Shown here piece by piece: positions 10,073 through 22,734 of a stretch of 64,000 nt of DNA. Each line of letters starts with the position of its first letter. Positions within the stretch are counted from its first letter, which is position 1. This DNA is from Escherichia coli (GTDB lineage Bacteria; Pseudomonadota; Gammaproteobacteria; Enterobacterales; Enterobacteriaceae). The stretch lies in NCBI RefSeq assembly GCF_003334765.1, contig NZ_QOWT01000016.1; one strand, written 5' to 3'. The position numbers and the translations under genes are program-made. The notes under the pieces are model-generated. The model was not told where the DNA came from. It did not search any database and saw only the letters and a program-made list of their open reading frames with translations.

Positions 10073-11371
10073 TTAACTAAGCGTTTTCTGCCAGACAAAA
10101 CTTACGCCATTCTCACCTTCAGCCACACCTTCTTGCGTCACAAATACCCCTGCCGCCGCAATCAGCGTTTCGCCATAAAACAGCAGTGGCGTGGTGTCAC
10201 GTAGCCACGGCGGCACGCCCAGCTCTTGCCAGATTTTCTTTAGCTTACGTCCGCCGTTACGCCCGACAATATGCAGCAATCCTGGCGCTTTGAAACGCAC
10301 GCTGACCGCTTCGTCTGCACGCGGAGGGCGAATATCGCCTCCCGCATTAAGCTGTACACTTCCCAGCCCCGCCGGTAATTCCAGCGGTTGAAGCCACGTC
10401 TGCCACGGCACAATGTTTTCGCTTTGCCCGGTGACGGATTTAATCCACCACAGTTGCGACTGATAGCGTCGGATTTCAAACGCGCCCAAACGTAAACAGG
10501 GTGAGGCATCTTCCCGCGCCAGCGCCACTTCCTGCCAGATCCTCACCAACGCGTCGCGGGAAGGCATCGGTGCATTCTGCCCTGCCAGCCAGCGGCGGAT
10601 AATCGCCGCGCGGCGGGCATCACTCATCGCCAGCATTGGCACAATCTGCAGCGTCCCCTGCGGCGATTGACAGTGTGCTAAATCATCTGCCAGCAGTTCA
10701 TCCAGCAGGCTCTCTTGTTCAGCACAAAGTGCGGCGCTGCGGGCCGTTGCTTCGGCAAAATGCGGCCAACGCTGCTGCAATAACGGCACTACGCGCAGGC
10801 GCAGAAAGTTACGATCGTATGAGTCGTCCTGATTACTTTCGTCTTCAATCCAGCGTAAATCATACTGACGCGCCCACTGCACCAGTTCCCCCCGCGTGCG
10901 GGCGAGCAACGGGCGAATAAGCCGCGTTCCGGCAAACTCCGAGACTTCCGCCATAGCCGAAAGCCCGGCAGGGCCACTGCCGCGTTTTAGCGCCAGCAGA
11001 AAGGTTTCACATTGATCGTCGAGATGTTGCGCGGTGACCAGCACTTCACCGGGCAACAAGGTGCGGGCAAATGCCTGATAACGTGCCTGCCGCGCCTGGG
11101 CCTCAATGCCCAGTCCTTCTTGCGCAAGTTGTACGCGTTCGACCACCAGCGGCACCTGCCACTGTTGGCAGACGTTTTCGCAATGCGTAACCCAGGCATC
11201 GGCATTGGCACTTAAACCGTGATGCACATGAATAGCGCGCAGAGCGACACCCGGATTTTCCGTCCGCCACTGCACCAACTGATGCAGCAGAACGGTGGAG
11301 TCAAGCCCGCCGCTAAAGGCCACCAGAATCTGGCGTGAGGTGAGAAGTTGTCTATTGAGCGTGAGTGTCAT
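10073..11371 (-). CDS. tilS: tRNA(Ile)-lysidine synthetase
   Basis: 432-aa ORF with PP-loop motif SGGLDS ([13 protein letters not shown]); recognised TilS. Confidence 0.95.
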
Positions 11372-11435
11372 GATGGTGCGATTTTACAGTAGCAATGCCC
11401 GGCACGTTACCGGGCAAATGCGGCGATGACAAGCC

Positions 11436-11825
11436 TTACTGCTCATACAGTTCCAACGGCAGCCCGTCCGGATCGTTAAAGAAGGTGAAGCGTTTTTGCG
11501 TGTATGGATCGACACGGATGGTTTCACACTTCACGTTATGGCTTTCAAGGTGCGCCACTGCCGCATCGATGTCATCAACGCTAAAAGCCAGATGACGCAG
11601 ACCGCAAGCTTCCGGTCGGCTGGGTCGTTCCGGCGGGAACGGAAATGAGAAAAGCTCAATCACATATTGCCCATTAAGCGCCAAATCCCCTTTCCATGAG
11701 TCGCGCGCTTCGCGATAGACTTCGCTTTGCAGCGTGAAACCAAGAATATCGCAGTAGAAAGCTGTGCTCACCGCATAATCCGTCGCAATAATCGCAATAT
11801 GGTGAACCTGTTTTAAACCCAGCAT
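11436..11825 (-). CDS. yaeR: VOC/glyoxalase-fold protein YaeR
   Basis: 129-aa product from the ATG preceded by AAGGAG (MLGLKQVHHIAIIATDYAVS); the ORF-track start at 11852 is further upstream. Confidence 0.85.
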   Translation of the reverse strand: MLGLKQVHHIAIIATDYAVSTAFYCDILGFTLQSEVYREARDSWKGDLALNGQYVIELFSFPFPPERPSRPEACGLRHLAFSVDDIDAAVAHLESHNVKCETIRVDPYTQKRFTFFNDPDGLPLELYEQ

Positions 11826-11881
11826 AACGTCTCCTTTATTTGTTAACAGCACGTTACTCGCCCGGAAGCCGCTCTGGCAAG

Positions 11882-14023
11882 TTATCCCGCCATTTTTAGG
11901 ACTCGTACGCGGTAAACGCCGTCTTCGTCCTGTTTCGCGCCGTGAATATCCGTTTCAAAACCGGGGTAATGTTGCCCGACGGAACAAAGCATCAGTAGAA
12001 AATCGAGTACTGTGCGGCTCTCTTTGGTCAGCATTTCTCCAGGCATCAACAGCGGTACGCCCGGTGGATAAGGCAGGATCATATTTGCCGATACTCTACC
12101 GACCAGTTGTTCCAGCGCAATGGTTTCTACTTCGCCTTTAATTTGTCGTTGCCATGCCTGATGTGGCGTCATGATCATCTCCGGCAAAGTATCGAATGCC
12201 CGCAACATCAAACCGGGAAGATCGTGTTTACGAATCAGCTTATGGATCCCTTGTGCCAGATCCTGAATACGCATATTGCGGTAGAAATCGGGATCTTCTG
12301 CATAGAGATCGGGTAGCATATTTTTGATCCGCAGGTTGAGATCGTAAGAGCGTTTGAATTCCGTCAACCCACGCAATAATCCCATTGCTTTGGTTTTATC
12401 GATGCCAATACTAAAGAGAAACAGCAGGTTATAAGGGCCGGTTTTCTCTACTACGATCCCACGTTCGTCGAGGAATTTTGCTACCAGCGCCGCCGGGATC
12501 CCCTCCTCGCTCATATTGCCCTGCTCGTCCATCCCCGGTGTCAAAATAGTGACTTTAACCGGATCGAGAAACATATGATCGGCATCCGCATCGTTAAAGC
12601 CGTGCCACTGTTCGCCAGGCGCAACGGGCCAGCATTCGGCTTCATCCACCTGCGGCGGTTGCCAGATATCGAAAAACCAACCGTCAGACTCTTCCCGCAG
12701 CCGCTGGACCTCTTTGCGAAAATGCAGAGCTCGTTCTACTGAACGGTTAATCAGCCGTTTGCCCGGATTACCACGCAGCATCGCCGCCGCCGTCTCAACC
12801 GAAGCAACAATGGGATAACTGGGCGAGGTGGTGGTATGCATCATAAAGGCTTCGTTAAAGGCCTCTTCGTCATACTCGCCTTTAATGTGGATCAGCGAAG
12901 CCTGCGATAACGCCGCCAGCATTTTGTGGGTCGATTGCGTTTCGAAGATCACTTTTCCCGCAACACGCTCGCCGCTCATACCACTTTTACCCTGGTAGAT
13001 CGGATGAAAATGGGTGTACGGCACCCAGGCAGAATCGAAGTGAATCGACGGGACATCCAGCGTCTGTTTGATCCAGTCGGTGTTGTAGAGCAAGCCATCA
13101 TAGGTGGAGTTGGTGATCACCGCATGAACCGGCCATTGTGCTTGCGTGGTAGCAGCGACTTTCTCTTCGATGCTGTCGCGAGTAAATTCACGGCGCGGGA
13201 TCCCACCAAGAATCCCCAACGCATTACGCGTCGGTTTCAGCCAGACTGGCACTACATCGTTCATCATCAACAGATGCGCCAGCGATTTATGACAATTGCG
13301 GTCGATCAACAGCGTACTGCCGGATGGCGCGGCGTACATACCCACAATTTTGTTCGACGTCGATGTTCCGTTGGTAACGATATAACTCTGTTCCGCGCCA
13401 AAAGTCCGCGCGATGTACTCTTCCGCTTCCAGGTGTGGCCCGGTGTGGTCGAGCAACGAACCAAGCTCGGTGACCGAAATAGAGACATCAGCCTTAAGAG
13501 TATTCCCGCCGAAAAAATCATAAAACAGACAGCCAACCGGGCTTTTTTGATATGCGGTGCCGCCCATATGCCCCGGCGTACAAAAGGTGTACTTCCGCTC
13601 TTTGACGTAGGTAAACAAGGCTTTCGTGAACGGCGGTGTAATGTTATCAAGATATTCGTCGGTGTACTGACGCATACGAATGGCGATATCTTCCGCCTGC
13701 CCCAGCGCATATTCAAAAAACCAGAGCGCCATCCGCATATCCTGCACGCTGACATCCATCGTCGAGTGGGTGTTGATGAAGGCATAAAGCGGGAGATATT
13801 CATTAAGCTGATTGATATCGCTACATAAATCGAGACTGTACTCATCCCAGTCAAAAATCACGCCGCAAATTCGAGGGTTATGTTCGATAAATTTCAGCAA
13901 ATCAACGCTGTTTTGTGGCCAGATAATCTGAAAGCCTTGCGCCACCAGCGCCGACTCCAGTTCTTTGATGGGCTCATCTTTATAAAAGACGCCATGCGGT
14001 CCCATAATGGCAATGATGTTCAT
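11882..14023 (-). CDS. ldcC: lysine decarboxylase 2 (constitutive), PLP-dependent
   Basis: 713-aa ORF; recognised LdcC sequence with the PLP-lysine region (STHK). Confidence 0.95.
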   Translation of the reverse strand: MNIIAIMGPHGVFYKDEPIKELESALVAQGFQIIWPQNSVDLLKFIEHNPRICGVIFDWDEYSLDLCSDINQLNEYLPLYAFINTHSTMDVSVQDMRMALWFFEYALGQAEDIAIRMRQYTDEYLDNITPPFTKALFTYVKERKYTFCTPGHMGGTAYQKSPVGCLFYDFFGGNTLKADVSISVTELGSLLDHTGPHLEAEEYIARTFGAEQSYIVTNGTSTSNKIVGMYAAPSGSTLLIDRNCHKSLAHLLMMNDVVPVWLKPTRNALGILGGIPRREFTRDSIEEKVAATTQAQWPVHAVITNSTYDGLLYNTDWIKQTLDVPSIHFDSAWVPYTHFHPIYQGKSGMSGERVAGKVIFETQSTHKMLAALSQASLIHIKGEYDEEAFNEAFMMHTTTSPSYPIVASVETAAAMLRGNPGKRLINRSVERALHFRKEVQRLREESDGWFFDIWQPPQVDEAECWPVAPGEQWHGFNDADADHMFLDPVKVTILTPGMDEQGNMSEEGIPAALVAKFLDERGIVVEKTGPYNLLFLFSIGIDKTKAMGLLRGLTEFKRSYDLNLRIKNMLPDLYAEDPDFYRNMRIQDLAQGIHKLIRKHDLPGLMLRAFDTLPEMIMTPHQAWQRQIKGEVETIALEQLVGRVSANMILPYPPGVPLLMPGEMLTKESRTVLDFLLMLCSVGQHYPGFETDIHGAKQDEDGVYRVRVLKMAG

Positions 14024-14077
14024 GTGTTCCTCCTGGAAAATCCTTCCTTAATCATAGCCTGCTCAAACCGTGGCGAT

Positions 14078-14102
14078 AAAAAAGGGCCACCGAAGTGACC
14101 CT
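14078..14102 (-). terminator. Rho-independent terminator downstream of accA
   Basis: Minus strand hairpin agggtcacTTCGgtggccct followed by TTTTTTT. Confidence 0.7.
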
Positions 14103-14121
14103 TTTTCAGAACTTTTGCGAA

Positions 14122-15081
14122 TTACGCGTAACCGTAGCTCATCAGGCGCTGATAACGACGATTTTTTAAATCTTCAGTGCTTAACACGTCGAGATCGGCC
14201 AGATCCGCCAGCAGTTGCGCTTTCAACGATGCCGCCATCGCTTCCGGGTTACGGTGAGCACCACCCAGTGGTTCCGGGATGATGGAGTCGATCAGTTTCA
14301 GTTCTTTCAGACGCGGAGCAATGATACCCATCGCTTCAGCCGCCAGCGGCGCTTTGTCGGCGCTCTTCCACAGAATGGACGCACAACCTTCCGGCGAGAT
14401 AACGGAATAGGTGCTGTATTGCAGCATATTCACTTTATCGCCCACGCCAATCGCCAGCGCACCGCCAGAACCACCTTCACCGATAACCGTACAAACTACC
14501 GGTACGCCGAGGCGAGACATTTCACGCAGGTTGCGTGCAATGGCTTCAGACTGACCACGCTCTTCTGCGCCCACGCCAGGATAAGCCCCCGGGGTGTCGA
14601 TAAAGGTGATGATAGGCATCTTAAAGCGTTCAGCCATTTGCATCAGACGCAGTGCTTTGCGGTAACCTTCTGGCGCTGGCATACCAAAGTTACGGCGAAT
14701 TTTTTCTTTGGTTTCACGACCTTTTTGATGACCAATGATCATCACCGGACGACCATCGAGACGGGCGATACCACCGACGATAGCTTTATCGTCTGCATAC
14801 GCGCGGTCGCCAGCCAGTTCGTCAAATTCATCAAATGCCAGGCGAACGTAATCCAGGGTATAAGGACGCTGTGGATGGCGTGCCAGTTGCGCAATCTGCC
14901 ATGCACCGAGATCGGCGAAGATTTTACGTGTCAGTTCTACGCTTTTTTCACGCAGACGATGCACTTCTTCATCGATGTTAATATCCAGTTTCTCATCCTG
15001 ACGGCTAACCGCAGTCAGAGAATCGATTTTCGCTTCCAGCTCTGCAATCGGCTGTTCAAAATCAAGGAAATTCAGACTCAT
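14122..15081 (-). CDS. accA: acetyl-CoA carboxylase carboxyltransferase alpha subunit
   Basis: 319-aa ORF starting [22 protein letters not shown]; recognised AccA. Confidence 0.95.
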   Translation of the reverse strand: MSLNFLDFEQPIAELEAKIDSLTAVSRQDEKLDINIDEEVHRLREKSVELTRKIFADLGAWQIAQLARHPQRPYTLDYVRLAFDEFDELAGDRAYADDKAIVGGIARLDGRPVMIIGHQKGRETKEKIRRNFGMPAPEGYRKALRLMQMAERFKMPIITFIDTPGAYPGVGAEERGQSEAIARNLREMSRLGVPVVCTVIGEGGSGGALAIGVGDKVNMLQYSTYSVISPEGCASILWKSADKAPLAAEAMGIIAPRLKELKLIDSIIPEPLGGAHRNPEAMAASLKAQLLADLADLDVLSTEDLKNRRYQRLMSYGYA

Positions 15082-15093
15082 AGTATTCCTGTA

Positions 15094-18000
15094 TTAGTCA
15101 AACTCCAGTTCCACCTGCTCCGAACCAATGAGGCCACGGAGATCGTTTAATAAACGATCGCTCGGAGAGACACGCCACGTCGCGCCAAAACGCAACCGCG
15201 CGCGTGCATCCGCCCTCTGATAGTAGAGATGTACTGGAATTGTCCCAGAGCGGTGGGGTTCCAGAGACTGACGGAGTCGGTTTAAAAGCTGGTCATCAAT
15301 TTGCCTGTCCGTCAGCGAGATAGCAAGCCCGCGAGCATATTTTTCCCGGGCTTCGTCAATATCCATCACTTCGCGAGCGGTCATTTTAAGCCCACCGCTG
15401 AAGTCATCAAAGCTGACCTGTCCGCTGACGATAAGTATGCGGTCTTTTTCCAGCAATTGCTGGTATTTATCCAGGGCGTCAGTAAACAACATCACTTCCA
15501 GCCGCCCGGAACGGTCATCCAGCGTGCAGATACCGATACGATTGCCGCGCTTGGTGACCATAACCCGCGCGGCAACAACGAGCCCCGCAGCCGTGATGAC
15601 TTTACCACGTTCTGTCGGGTGCATGTCTTTCAGCCTTACGCCTCCGACATAACGCTCAATCTCTTTTAAATACTGGTTGATAGGGTGTCCGGTCAGGTAC
15701 AGGCCTAACGTTTCACGTTCCCCATCTAATACCACCTGCTCCGGCCACGGTTGGCAGCTGGCGTAGGATTGTTCAATTTGTTCCGGCTCTTCGGCCAGCA
15801 CGCCGAACATATCGGCCTGACCGATAGCTTCCGCTTTCGCGTGTTGATCTGCCGCTTTTAACGCATCGCCCAGCGAGTTCATCAGCGCTGCGCGATGTGG
15901 CCCAAGACGGTCAAACGCCCCGGACATGATCAGTTTTTCCAGCACGCGACGGTTCAACTTTTTGGTGTCGGTACGGGCGCAGAGATCAAACAGTTCGCGG
16001 AAGTAGCCGCCTTTATTACGGGCTTCGATGATGGCCTCAATCGGACCTTCACCGACCCCTTTGATCGCGCCAATACCATACACGATTTCGCCGTCGTCGT
16101 TGACGTGGAAATGGTAAAGACCGGAGTTTATATCTGGTGGCAGGATTTTCAGCCCCATCCGCCAGCACTCATCCACCAGACCCACCACCTTCTCGGTGTT
16201 GTCCATATCGGCGGTCATTACCGCCGCCATAAACTCCGCAGGATAGTGCGCTTTCAGCCATAACGTTTGATATGACACCAAAGCATAGGCCGCAGAGTGC
16301 GATTTGTTAAATCCGTAACCAGCGAATTTCTCCACCAGGTCGAAGATTTTCATCGCCAGTTCAGCGTTGATTCCGTTCTTTTCTGCACCTTCAGCAAATA
16401 CAGAACGTTGCTTAGCCATCTCTTCCGGCTTTTTCTTACCCATCGCACGACGCAGCATATCCGCGCCACCGAGGGTATAACCAGAAAGCACCTGCGCAAT
16501 CTGCATGACCTGTTCCTGATACAGGATAATGCCGTAGGTTGGCTCCAGTACCGGTTTCAGGCTTTCATGCTGCCACTGTACGTCCGGATAGGAGATCTCT
16601 TCACGACCATGTTTACGGTCGATAAAGTTATCCACCATCCCTGATTGCAACGGACCGGGGCGGAACAGTGCCACTAGGGCGATCATATCTTCGAAGCAGT
16701 CAGGTTGTAGACGCTTGATCAGGTCCTTCATGCCGCGCGATTCAAGCTGGAATACCGCCGTGGTTTCCGAGCGTTGCAGCATGTCGAAGCTTTTCTTATC
16801 ATCCAGCGGGATCGCAGCGATATCCAGCGGCGGCTCGCCATTCTTCGCCCGCCGCTTGTTGATCATCTCCAGCGCCCAGTTGATGATGGTGAGCGTACGC
16901 AAACCAAGGAAGTCGAACTTCACCAGTCCGGCGTATTCAACGTCGCTTTTATCAAACTGGGTGACCGGATGTTTGCCCTCTTCATCGCAGTAAAGCGGCG
17001 CAAAATCGGTAATTTTGGTCGGCGCGATAACCACCCCACCGGCGTGCTTACCGGCGTTACGGGTGACCCCTTCCAGTTTGCGCGCCATGTCGATCAGCGC
17101 CTTAACTTCTTCATCCGCTTCGTAGATTTCCGGCAGCTGCGGCTCGGCTTCAAACGCTTTCGCCAGCGTCATCCCCGGATCGGGCGGGATCAGTTTCGAG
17201 ATACGATCGACAAAGCCGTACGGATGCCCCAGCACGCGGCCTACGTCGCGGATCACCGCTTTCGCCGCCATTGTACCGAAGGTGATGATCTGCGATACCG
17301 CATCACGACCGTACATGTCCGCTACGTGCTCGATAACCTGATCGCGTTTCTCCATACAGAAGTCAACGTCGAAGTCAGGCATGGAGACACGTTCCGGGTT
17401 AAGGAAACGTTCGAACAGCAGGTCAAATTCCAGCGGATCGAGGTCGGTGATTTTCAGCGCGTAGGCCACCAGTGAACCCGCACCGGAGCCACGGCCTGGC
17501 CCTACCGGTACGCCGTTATCTTTCGACCACTGGATAAATTCCATAACGATGAGGAAGTAGCCCGGGAAGCCCATCTGGTTGATAACCTGAAGTTCAGTCT
17601 CCAGACGTTCGTCATATTCCGGGCGGCGCTTAAGACGTTCTTCCTCATCAGGGAATAAAAAGGCCAGACGCTCTTCCAGGCCCTCTTTTGCACGCTTGAC
17701 CAGATAATCTTCGGTGCTCATGTCCCCGGTCGGGAACTGCGGCAGGAAGTATTCACCAAGACGCACGGTTACGTTACAGCGTTTGGCGATCTCAACGGTG
17801 TTGGCAAGGGCTTCGGGGATGTCGGCAAACAGCTCACACATCTCCTCTTCGCTACGCATATATTGCTGCGGCGAATAGTTACGCGGGCGTTTAGGATCGT
17901 CGAGGGTAAAGCCGTCGTGGATCGCGACGCGGATTTCGTGTGCGTCAAAGTCGCTGCTGTCGATAAAGCGCACGTCGTTGGTCGCCACGACGGGCAAACC

Positions 18001-18576
18001 GCGCGCTTCCGCCAGTTCCACCGCCGCGTGCAGATAGCTTTCTTCATCCGGCCTGCCGGTGCGGATCAGCTCGAGAAAATAGCGATCCGGGAAGTGTTCT
18101 TCATAAAACGCGACACACTCATCTACCAGCGCGCTGTTACCACGCAAAAGACTGCGTCCGACGTCGCCCATGCGTCCGCCGGAAAGAAGGATCAACCCTT
18201 CGTTTAATTCGATAAGCCAGTCGCGATCGATGATCGGCCCGGCGGCACCGTACCCGCGCTGATACGCTTTTGAGATCAGCAACGTCAGATTCTGATAGCC
18301 GGTATTGTTCGCCGCCAGTACCGTCAGGTGGGTTAACTCATCACCCAGCAGGTCGCACTGGACGTTAAAATCTGCCCCGACGATAGGCTTAATCCCTGCG
18401 CCATGTCCCGCTCCGTAGAACTTCACCAGACCACAAAGGTTGGTGAAATCGGTGATCGCCAGTGCTGGCATACCCAACGCCGCCGCCTTTTTTACCAACG
18501 GTGCGGTTTTGGCCAGGCCATCGATCATCGAGTAGTCGCTGTGCACCCGCAGGTGTACGAAACGTGGTTCAGACAT
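15094..18576 (-). CDS. dnaE: DNA polymerase III alpha subunit
   Basis: 1160-aa ORF with PHP domain N-terminus ([21 protein letters not shown]); recognised DnaE. Confidence 0.97.
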   Translation of the reverse strand: MSEPRFVHLRVHSDYSMIDGLAKTAPLVKKAAALGMPALAITDFTNLCGLVKFYGAGHGAGIKPIVGADFNVQCDLLGDELTHLTVLAANNTGYQNLTLLISKAYQRGYGAAGPIIDRDWLIELNEGLILLSGGRMGDVGRSLLRGNSALVDECVAFYEEHFPDRYFLELIRTGRPDEESYLHAAVELAEARGLPVVATNDVRFIDSSDFDAHEIRVAIHDGFTLDDPKRPRNYSPQQYMRSEEEMCELFADIPEALANTVEIAKRCNVTVRLGEYFLPQFPTGDMSTEDYLVKRAKEGLEERLAFLFPDEEERLKRRPEYDERLETELQVINQMGFPGYFLIVMEFIQWSKDNGVPVGPGRGSGAGSLVAYALKITDLDPLEFDLLFERFLNPERVSMPDFDVDFCMEKRDQVIEHVADMYGRDAVSQIITFGTMAAKAVIRDVGRVLGHPYGFVDRISKLIPPDPGMTLAKAFEAEPQLPEIYEADEEVKALIDMARKLEGVTRNAGKHAGGVVIAPTKITDFAPLYCDEEGKHPVTQFDKSDVEYAGLVKFDFLGLRTLTIINWALEMINKRRAKNGEPPLDIAAIPLDDKKSFDMLQRSETTAVFQLESRGMKDLIKRLQPDCFEDMIALVALFRPGPLQSGMVDNFIDRKHGREEISYPDVQWQHESLKPVLEPTYGIILYQEQVMQIAQVLSGYTLGGADMLRRAMGKKKPEEMAKQRSVFAEGAEKNGINAELAMKIFDLVEKFAGYGFNKSHSAAYALVSYQTLWLKAHYPAEFMAAVMTADMDNTEKVVGLVDECWRMGLKILPPDINSGLYHFHVNDDGEIVYGIGAIKGVGEGPIEAIIEARNKGGYFRELFDLCARTDTKKLNRRVLEKLIMSGAFDRLGPHRAALMNSLGDALKAADQHAKAEAIGQADMFGVLAEEPEQIEQSYASCQPWPEQVVLDGERETLGLYLTGHPINQYLKEIERYVGGVRLKDMHPTERGKVITAAGLVVAARVMVTKRGNRIGICTLDDRSGRLEVMLFTDALDKYQQLLEKDRILIVSGQVSFDDFSGGLKMTAREVMDIDEAREKYARGLAISLTDRQIDDQLLNRLRQSLEPHRSGTIPVHLYYQRADARARLRFGATWRVSPSDRLLNDLRGLIGSEQVELEFD

Positions 18577-18612
18577 CTTCAGATTCCGGTTTACTTAATC
18601 TCGACACAAGAA

Positions 18613-19209
18613 TCAGGACGCAAGTCCCAGTGCGCGTTTGACAGGCCCAAAGCTGCGCCGATGGTGTTCGGTCGCGCCGTGTTCAGCCAGTTTTTCCAGA
18701 TGAAAAGCGGTTGGGTACCCTTTGTGTTGGGCAAAACCATATTGCGGGAAAACAATATCCAGCGCCGCCATTTCGGCGTCACGCGTCACTTTCGCCAGGA
18801 TAGACGCGGCACTGATTTCCGGTACGCGGCTATCGCCTTTCACCACAGCCATCGCAGGCATCGGTAATTTCGGGCAGCGGTTACCATCAATCAACACATA
18901 TTCCGGCGCAATATGCAGCCCAGCGACGGCACGCTGCATCGCCAGCATGGTCGCATGAAGAATGTTCAGCTCGTCGATTTCGTGGGGTTCCGCGCGGCCC
19001 AGACTCCAGCTCAACGCTTTCTCTTTGATCTCTTCATAGAGCGCCAGACGGCGTTTTTCGCTCAGCTTTTTGGAATCATTCAGCCCGGCAATCGGGCGCG
19101 CCGGGTCAAGGATCACCGCAGCGGTGACGACCGCGCCAACTAACGGCCCGCGTCCGACTTCATCCACACCCGCAACCAGCTGCGTGTGCGGATAAACAAA
19201 TTCGATCAT
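18613..19209 (-). CDS. rnhB: ribonuclease HII
   Basis: 198-aa ORF starting [23 protein letters not shown]; 4-nt overlap with the lpxB stop. Confidence 0.95.
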
Positions 19210-20354
19210 TGTGCTAACTCCAGAACGGCTTGTGCCGCCTGCTCATCGGCATTGCAGCGGATCTGCTGATGCAGTTCACGGAAGGTATCGTGCATCGCGT
19301 GGCTGGTTTTCCCGTTCGCCAACAGCGGTAACAGCGCCGCAGCCAGTTTTTGCGGCTCACACTCTTCCTGCAATAATTCTTTGACTAACTCTCTGCCCGC
19401 CAGCAGATTTGGCAGCGAGACATAATCAGTTTTCACCAGCCGCTTCGCCAACCAGAAGGTAAAAGGCTTCATGCGATATCCCACCACCATCGGGCATTTC
19501 GCCAGCATACACTCCAGGGCTGCCGTACCCGACGCCAGTAGCGCCGCATCGCTGGCGACCATCGCCTCACGGCCCATCCCATCCAGCAAATGAACTGAAA
19601 GGTCTGGCGCGACTTCAGCTTTGATGCGTTCAAACTGCTCGCGGCGTTTGGCATTCACCAGTGGCACCACGATTTCGAGATCCGGATATGTCTGGCGCAA
19701 AAGCTGGGCCGTTTTCAGGAAATCGGCACTAAGCATTTCAACTTCTGCACCACGGCTCCCCGGTAGCAACGCCAGGCAGTGGGCATCGTGAGGGATCCCC
19801 AGCACATCACGGGCGGCATTTTTATCTGGATCTAATGGCATGGCATCAGCCATGGTATGACCGATAAAGCGGCACGGTACGTTGTATTTGTCATAAAACG
19901 CTTTTTCGAAAGGCAGAAATGCGAGCACCAGATCGGTGGCTCTGCCTATTTTGAAAACACGTTTCTGTCGCCACGCCCAGACTGACGGACTGACGTAATG
20001 AATGGTTTTGATACCCTGCTTTTTGAGGTTACCTTCAAGAGTAATATTGAAGTCAGGCGCATCAATACCAACAAAAACATCTGGCTTCAGTTCGCCAAAA
20101 CGCTTTGTCAGATCGGCACGAATATGCAGTAAGCGACGCAGACGACCGAGCACTTCAACAATGCCCATCACCGCCAGTTCTTCCATTTCGTACCAGGCTT
20201 CGCAGCCTTCAGCCTGCATTCGTGGCCCGGCAACACCAACAAAGCGGGCGTTGGGCACATGTTCTTTCAGAGCGCGGATTAAACCGGCCCCCAGGATATC
20301 GCCGGAGGTTTCTCCGGCGACCAGGGCAATCGTTAATGGACGCTGTTCAGTCAT
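19206..20354 (-). CDS. lpxB: lipid-A-disaccharide synthase
   Basis: 382-aa ORF; recognised LpxB; lies within the lipid A cluster. Confidence 0.95.
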
Positions 20355-21142
20355 TAACGAATCAGACCGCGCGTTGAGCGTGCAAAGAAATCGGTAAAGG
20401 CTTTCACTTCCGGATATGTTTCCGCCAGTTCAGCAATTTCCGGTTTCACTTCATCGAGCGTTTTACCGCTACGATAAATCAGCTTATACGCATTGCGGAT
20501 AGCGGTAATCGCCTCACGGCTGAATCCGCGGCGCTTCAGCCCTTCGATATTGACACCGAACGGCGTTGCGTGGTTACCCTGCGCAATGACATAAGGAGGG
20601 ACGTCCTGCGCCACACCGGAGCAGCCGCCAACCATCACGTGCGCACCAATGATGCAGAACTGATGGACTGCGGTCATGCCGCCGATGATCGCGAAGTCGT
20701 CAACCGATACGTGACCCGCCAGCGTTGCGTTGTTGGCGAGAATACAGCGGTTACCTACCGTACAATCGTGCGCAATGTGCGCGTTGATCATCAGTAAGTT
20801 GTCGCTGCCCACCTTCGTCAATCCACCGCCCTGGACTGTGCCACGATGAATGGTGACGCTTTCGCGAATGCGGTTACGATCGCCGATTTCCACACGGGTC
20901 GGTTCGCCAGCATATTTCAGATCCTGGTTAACTTCGCCGATGGAGGCGAACTGATAAATCTCATTATCGCGGCCAATTTTAGTATGACCATTCACGACAA
21001 CGTGAGATTTCAGTACGGTACCCTCACCAATTTCGACATGGGGTCCAACGATACAAAAAGGACCAATGTGTGCGTTCGCGCCAATTGACGCGCCCTCTTC
21101 CACAATGGCGGTTGGATGCACAAAGGCGGATTTATCAATCAC
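20354..21142 (-). CDS. lpxA: UDP-N-acetylglucosamine acyltransferase
   Basis: 262-aa ORF with hexapeptide repeats (left-handed beta-helix); recognised LpxA. Confidence 0.95.
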
Positions 21143-21145
21143 GTA

Positions 21146-21601
21146 TCAGGCCTCCCGGCTACGAGCACACATCATCGTTGCTTCGCAAACTACTTTACCA
21201 TCGACCAGAGCAACCCCTTTAAAACGGGTCAGGCCGCGGCGCGTTTTTTCGAAAGTGACTTCCATGATCATTTGATCGCCAGGCACGACCGGGCGCTTGA
21301 AGCGCGCTTCGTCAATACCAGCGAAGTAGTACAGCTCACCCGGTTCCAGTTTTCCTACGCTTTTAAACGCCAGAATACCTGTTGCCTGTGCCATTGCTTC
21401 CAGAATCAGCACACCCGGGAAAATCGGTTTTCCAGGGAAATGGCCCTGGAAGAATGGCTCATTGACAGAGACATTTTTTACTGCGCGCAGAAAACGACCT
21501 TCTTCAAAATCCAGCACGCGATCCACCAGTAAGAACGGGAAACGGTGCGGCAGAAGTTCTAAAATCTCTTCAATCTGCAGAGTATGAGTGTTAGTAGTCA
21601 A
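21146..21601 (-). CDS. fabZ: 3-hydroxyacyl-ACP dehydratase FabZ
   Basis: 151-aa product from a TTG start ([28 protein letters not shown]); the ORF-track upstream extension was not used. Confidence 0.9.
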
Positions 21602-21705
21602 GATACTCTTCCTGTCAAAATATAAGAAACGACAATAATAACACGGCCTGCCGCAATCGTAAGAATGAGACAGGCCGTAAAGTTTGGCGAACAAAAGATG
21701 GAACG

Positions 21706-22731
21706 TTAGTCTTGTTGATTAACCTTGCGCTCAAGCGATTTCAGACGCTTGCTCATGTCATCAATGTTCATCACCAGTGCAGCGGTTTTGCGCCAGACTT
21801 TGTTGGGTTGCAGCGGAATGCCTGAGGAATAGACGCCTGGTTCAGTGATGGGACGCATCACCATACCCATGCCCGTAACCGTCACTTTGTCGCATATTTC
21901 CATATGCCCGTTGATTACGCTGGCTCCGCCGATCATGCAGTAACGACCAATTTTCAGGCTGCCCGCCATAATGACGCCACCGGCAACCGCCGTATTGTCG
22001 CCAATCACGACGTTATGTGCAATCTGGCACTGGTTATCAATGATCACGCCATTGCCAATAATAGTGTCATCCAGCGCGCCGCGATCGATGGTTGTGCAGG
22101 CACCGATCTCCACGCGATCGCCAATAATTACGCGACCAATCTGTGGGATCTTCACCCAGTTACCACGATCGTTGGCATAACCAAAGCCGTCTGCGCCTAC
22201 CACTGTTCCGGACTGGATCAGGCAATTCTGACCGATCTGGATCTCATGGTAAATGGTTACGTTCGCCCAGAGACGCGAACCTGCACCGATTTTGCTGTTT
22301 TTACCTACGAAGCAACCGGCACCGATAATCACGTTATCGCCCAGTTCAACGCCGGACTCAATCACCGCGTTAGCGCCAATCGATACGTTGTTACCCAGCT
22401 TCGCCGTCGCGTCGATCACCGCACTGGGTGCAATGTTCTGCGCGGGCTGCGGCGTGGTATCTAAAATTTGCGCCATGCGCGCGTAAGTCAGGTAGGGATT
22501 CTTCACTACCAGTGCGGCACTTTTCGCGAAAGGAAGATCGTCCTGGGTCATGACAACCGCGGACGCCTGGCACAAGCCTAAATGCTCACGGTATTTTGGG
22601 TTAACCATGAACGTAATGTGACCTGTTTGTGCAGATTGCATGGACGCAACGCCGGTGATGACGATATCGCCATCACCGTGTAGTTCTGCATCCAACTGCT
22701 GCGCTAAATCAGCCAGTCGAATTGAAGGCAT
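21706..22731 (-). CDS. lpxD: UDP-3-O-(3-hydroxymyristoyl)glucosamine N-acyltransferase
   Basis: 341-aa ORF with hexapeptide repeats; recognised LpxD. Confidence 0.95.
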
Positions 22732-22734
22732 TAC

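Noticed and set aside
12926-13828. 300-aa plus-strand ORF inside ldcC
   Set aside because: Antisense shadow ORF; the translation is Arg/His-rich and low-complexity, typical of out-of-frame reading.
16774-17475. 233-aa plus-strand ORF inside dnaE
   Set aside because: Antisense shadow ORF inside an essential polymerase gene.
21904-22464. 186-aa plus-strand ORF inside lpxD
   Set aside because: Antisense shadow ORF; the repetitive hexapeptide-repeat coding sequence yields long open frames on the opposite strand.
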